Source: Trichormus sp. ATA11-4-KO1 (lineage in GTDB: Bacteria; Cyanobacteriota; Cyanobacteriia; Cyanobacteriales; Nostocaceae). Taken from it: a DNA stretch of 64,000 nucleotides. The translations under genes were made by a program, and so were the position numbers. The notes under the pieces are model-generated. The model ran no database searches and was not told the DNA's origin. It saw nothing but the letters and a program-made list of their open reading frames with translations. This document shows, one piece after another, positions 61,999-64,000 of this stretch. The stretch's first letter is position 1. Each line of letters starts with the position of its first letter. The DNA lies in contig JAHHIM010000001.1 of assembly GCA_019358915.1 (NCBI GenBank), positions 232,386 through 296,385 of the forward strand, given 5' to 3'.

Positions 61999-63495
61999 AT
62001 GGCTGACTTAGAAACACTTGTTAATGAACTGCCAAAACTTGTTCCCAGCCTTAAGCTGACTATTGGCAATTCTCATGAAATCATGCAACAAATCCTACTG
62101 ATTAATAATATTCGGGAACAACTCAGAAATATTCAAAAGAATATTGCTCAAGAACTCAGACTTGTAAAATCTCACAAGACTACTGTAAATACGCTTCCTC
62201 GTCTTGGTACAGTAGCAAGTTTGTTTCTCAATGATGTTTATTTCGGCGATACAAATATTAATACTAAAACAAGATACATCACAGCAAAATTTGGACATTC
62301 AAAAACTGAGTTATCAATTAATTATTTACAATCAAAAATTGATGCCTGGATTGAATGGGGCGATTTTCTTCATGTTATATCTGCGGATATTTTAAGTGAT
62401 TATCAGTTAGTGAGTCAATTAAGTTCTGATATTAACCATTCCAGCTTATCTATAAAACTTCAAGAACTTAATGAAAGCTTAAAAATAAACTTAACATTTA
62501 GTAAGCCTAAGATTTTACAGCAACAAGTTCTGCAAATAAGCAATGCTCAAGAAGAATTGTTGATAGTGCAGCAAAGATTAAACTATATTATTAATACTAT
62601 TAAAAATAGCCATAGTCTATTGACGATATTACTAGGTATATCAACTTTTTGTGGTAAATCGGGATTTACTTTAGAATGGTTAGATGATAACCAAGAATTA
62701 ATTATATTTAGTGATGGTAAGTTTCAAGAATTAACAGATATTCTCAATGACTGTGAATTATTTCAGCAAGAAATTGAAACTTTAATGGTCAAGATTAACA
62801 ATTTAACGCAACAGGTAGAAAAATATCAGAGAAATGTTGACCAAATAACTCAGCAAGAACCAGTCAGTAATCATCCAATAAATTTAATACCAAAATTTGC
62901 ATCACAAAAAGGATTTCATGCGACTTTTATCATAGCCTCAAGTTTAGTAGTTTTAAGTTTTGGTGGTTGGATGAGCAAGAACCAAATTCCACACCTTCAG
63001 CAAGTGATCCTGCGTTCTAACCAAGAAGCAAGTGCATCTGCAAATTTTAAATCTGCTCTCAAACTTGGTATGGAAGCTTCTTCATTGGTACAAAACTCAC
63101 CGCATCCCTTAATAGTATGGCAACAGGCAAAAGCTAAATGGCAGCAGGCAATAGATTTGTTAACAAGTATTCCTGAAGGAACATCAGTTTATCCTCAAGC
63201 AAAAAGTAAATTGCTTCGCTATCGTCTTAACCATACCGCCATCAGTAAAAGAGCTTTAACTGAACAAAAAGCAATGGCAAACTTACAAGCAGCCCAAAAA
63301 CTAGCAGCAGAAGCTACTTTTTTTGTCCAAAATTCGCCTCAATCAGTACTGACTTTAAAGCAAGCAAAAGATAAATGGCACAAGGCAATTAAGTTATTAG
63401 AAGGCATTCCCAAAAGTACTTCCACTTACAAACAGGCTCAAGAAACACTTTTTAGTTATAAAACGAACTATGCATCTGTGATCATCAAAGACTAA
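61999..63495 (+). CDS. Hypothetical membrane protein: coiled-coil N-terminus, TM, two helical (TPR-like) C-terminal repeats
   Basis: WQQAIDLLTSIP / WHKAIKLLEGIP repeats after TM ATFIIASSLVVLSFGGWM. Confidence 0.75.
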   Translation: MADLETLVNELPKLVPSLKLTIGNSHEIMQQILLINNIREQLRNIQKNIAQELRLVKSHKTTVNTLPRLGTVASLFLNDVYFGDTNINTKTRYITAKFGHSKTELSINYLQSKIDAWIEWGDFLHVISADILSDYQLVSQLSSDINHSSLSIKLQELNESLKINLTFSKPKILQQQVLQISNAQEELLIVQQRLNYIINTIKNSHSLLTILLGISTFCGKSGFTLEWLDDNQELIIFSDGKFQELTDILNDCELFQQEIETLMVKINNLTQQVEKYQRNVDQITQQEPVSNHPINLIPKFASQKGFHATFIIASSLVVLSFGGWMSKNQIPHLQQVILRSNQEASASANFKSALKLGMEASSLVQNSPHPLIVWQQAKAKWQQAIDLLTSIPEGTSVYPQAKSKLLRYRLNHTAISKRALTEQKAMANLQAAQKLAAEATFFVQNSPQSVLTLKQAKDKWHKAIKLLEGIPKSTSTYKQAQETLFSYKTNYASVIIKD

Positions 63496-63647
63496 TACCA
63501 GAGCCAATTAGGCGAATATAATAGAGTCTCCGGCACACTTTTGCTTTATAAATACGCTACTAAATCTACGTAGATACTACAGATGTGTTTACCTTGCCCA
63601 TTTCCCCTTCCCATAAAAGATTTTCTATGCTAGTATAGAATACTGAT

Positions 63648-63729
63648 GCGGATGTGGCGGAATTGGCAGACGCGCTAGATTTAGGTTCTAGTTCCGAGAG
63701 GAGTGAAGGTTCAAGTCCTTTCATCCGCA
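63648..63729 (+). tRNA. trnL: tRNA-Leu (anticodon TAG)
   Basis: GCGGATG/CATCCGC acceptor stem, CTAGA-TTTAGGT-TCTAG anticodon arm, long variable arm, GGTTCAAGTCC T-arm. Confidence 0.96.
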
Positions 63730-63824
63730 CTTGATAAATAATTGCTAGATTACAAACTCGACTTTCAATCGATGATATTTCACTATCATCGATTTGTTTT
63801 TTTGTGAGCATATATCTTTAAATA

Positions 63825-63852
63825 AAAAACGCCCCCCAATACCGGGAGGCGC
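63825..63852 (-). terminator. psbA terminator
   Basis: Minus strand GCGCCTCCCGG-TA-TTGGGGGGCGT then T-run. Confidence 0.75.
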
Positions 63853-63876
63853 TGTTTATTGAGCTAAGCTTTGAGA

Positions 63877-64000
<124 letters not shown>

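Noticed and set aside
63566..63811. 81-aa ORF; tRNA as an integration site
   Set aside because: The ORF is antisense to tRNA-Leu; no integrase or duplicated tRNA 3' end is seen

Overview
Chromosomal window from a filamentous, probably heterocyst-forming (Nostocales-like) cyanobacterium, judged from the many HIP1 sites (GCGATCGC), heptamer STRR arrays and genes such as psbA, chlB, raf1, psb29, ndhS and vipp1/pspA. Most of it is housekeeping backbone: aminotransferase-trx-vipp1-pspA, comEC, ugd/uxs, Na+/H+ antiporter, ndhS-rodA-mrp, hemF, cpcT, exbBD, ygfZ, menG, rpmI-rplT, pyrH-frr, tRNA-Leu(UAG) and the 3' end of psbA. The best candidate for an undescribed system is a 5-gene module at 57.4-60.3 kb. 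It comprises a SAM methyltransferase, a cupin, a protein with a divergent globin-like pattern and a small unknown protein, preceded by an Fnr-like TTGAG-N4-CTCAG box. It faces a convergent Crp/Fnr regulator that lacks the FNR Cys cluster and has an unusual recognition helix. This suggests a heme/NO/low-O2 response regulon (inference). The window also holds a layered mobilome: several MITE families with exact target-site duplications and 21-24 nt mini-elements nested in STRRs, in other repeats and in coding frames. Other items are two broken Rpn-family genes, an unannotated 44-aa ORF, a candidate three-way-junction RNA and a secreted EndoU-type nuclease. All product calls are from motif recognition by eye; no database search was run.
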